Notes under the pieces: generated by a model
Databases searched by the model: none
Told to the model about the DNA's origin: nothing
Seen by the model: the letters and a program-made list of their open reading frames with translations, nothing else
In this document: piece after piece, positions 20,361-21,310 of the stretch
How the letters are laid out: every line of letters begins with the position of its first letter
How positions within the stretch are numbered: the stretch's first letter is position 1
Assembly (NCBI GenBank): GCA_049999805.1
Contig: JBNGIO010006224.1
Span: forward strand, 296,361 to 317,670
Direction of reading: 5' to 3'
DNA from: Folioceros fuciformis
Lineage: Eukaryota
DNA: 21,310 nucleotides
Made by a program: the position numbers and the translations under genes

Positions 20361-21310
20361 TCATGCGAGGTTTTCATCAAGTTCATGTAGATGGTTTTCT
20401 TGACCTTGCCTAAGCACGTACAAGTTCTTTCTAATAAGGTTTCGAGTGCGAGCGTGCAGCTGTTTTTTACGAGTCAACTCAAATCCATACGCTAAAATAA
20501 AAGTGTCCGCGACAAATATTGTGTCAATATGCTTCCGAAGTCTTCTGCTTGGCCGTCGCTTACGTCGTCGTGTAGAACCCATGGCCAGGTCTTCATTCGG
20601 CAATATCATCTTCTCTTGATAACGGCCTTCAAATGCATCTGAACATTTCGTGACCCACCAATAGACTGTGATATTTTGAGTATCATTTTCCTTCTGCGTG
20701 TCCAGCACTTTCGTGATCCAAAAAGGCCTGTTGTCTACGTCTATCTCGCATGGGACAGCAATCATGTGCCCTACTTCGATCTCTGATACATCTCCACTGA
20801 AGCTGTCAACATCGTTCCCAACGTGTGCGTCTTTTCTATACGGCCCCACATACATATCTCTTCAGGAACTTCTCGTATCCGTGGGTTCTCCAACACCAAA
20901 GCATTTGGCACGAGTAATGGGCTGTTTACCAACTCTGCCTCGTTGCGATTATAACATTGCCATGGCAAGTCATGATCTTGCTCTACACCCGAATTAATAA
21001 TTTGAACGATGGCCTCTTGCTCGGCCCAAAATGAATCCCACCAGATGTCTTTGCCCACACCTAAGTGCTGACGTAATTTGAACTCCAATCTTGATCGAAT
21101 CTGGCACAGATTATATCCTGGGACATCGTCTGTAATACTCTTTTGTTTCCTACTCCTCACTTGCAGATGCATCAGTCAAGCGGCTTTCATATTCCTCTTC
21201 GGAACTGCTTTCAGGAGTTCTATCCCTTCATCAGGCGACCAGTATTGATCAGTGGAATACTGTTTTCCTCTCATAACTGTAACAGGTCCACGATCTCCGC
21301 GACTCTCTTT
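20361..21310 (-). pseudogene. C-terminal part of a disrupted transposase-like ORF; its 5' part lies beyond the window
   Basis: The frame from the window edge reads VTVMRGKQYSTDQYWSPDEGIELLKAVP..AA*LMHLQ.., shifts near 20850 and continues GHMIAVPCE..PFWITKVL..ITVYWW..RRRKRRPSRRLRK..FELTRKKQLHARTRNLI. These resemble C-terminal segments of eukaryotic DDE-transposon-derived (DUF7869-type) proteins from memory. The catalytic core is not in view. Confidence 0.5.

Larger units (their letters stand above)
19678..21310 (-). mobile_element. Probable DNA transposon (one end) that interrupts the Copia element; superfamily uncertain
   Basis: Abrupt switch from Copia RT to unrelated, CpG-containing sequence at CACAGTCTGCG (19678). 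Palindromic subterminal motifs at 20015-20118 and a disrupted intronless ORF on the - strand. Confidence 0.55.

Overview
Eukaryotic land-plant genomic DNA. The compact GT-AG introns (mostly ~70-200 nt), the plastid-protein genes and a ciliary transition-zone gene suggest a lineage with flagellated sperm, such as a hornwort, other bryophyte, lycophyte or fern (inference). A gene-dense island (~1.9-14.1 kb) holds four genes: (1) a 10-exon RPGRIP1L/NPHP8/Fantom-like gene (-), apparently lacking the two central C2 domains; (2) an intronless CCB3 (YGGT family) gene (+), head-to-head with it; (3) a 5-exon plastid-type ADS/FAD5 acyl-lipid desaturase (-); (4) a 12-exon ATP-dependent PEP carboxykinase (-). 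On the left is the probable 3' end (PPT plus LTR start) of an LTR retroelement. On the right is a decayed Ty1/Copia element with a short putative LTR, a tRNA-iMet PBS, ~1.1 kb of extra ORF-like sequence before gag, an in-frame gag-to-integrase deletion, a deleted YVDD motif and a 100-N gap with non-Copia flanks. It is truncated by a probable DNA transposon carrying palindromic subterminal motifs and a broken transposase-like ORF. Exon models were built by hand from splice consensus, phase continuity and remembered family similarity; no database searches were run.
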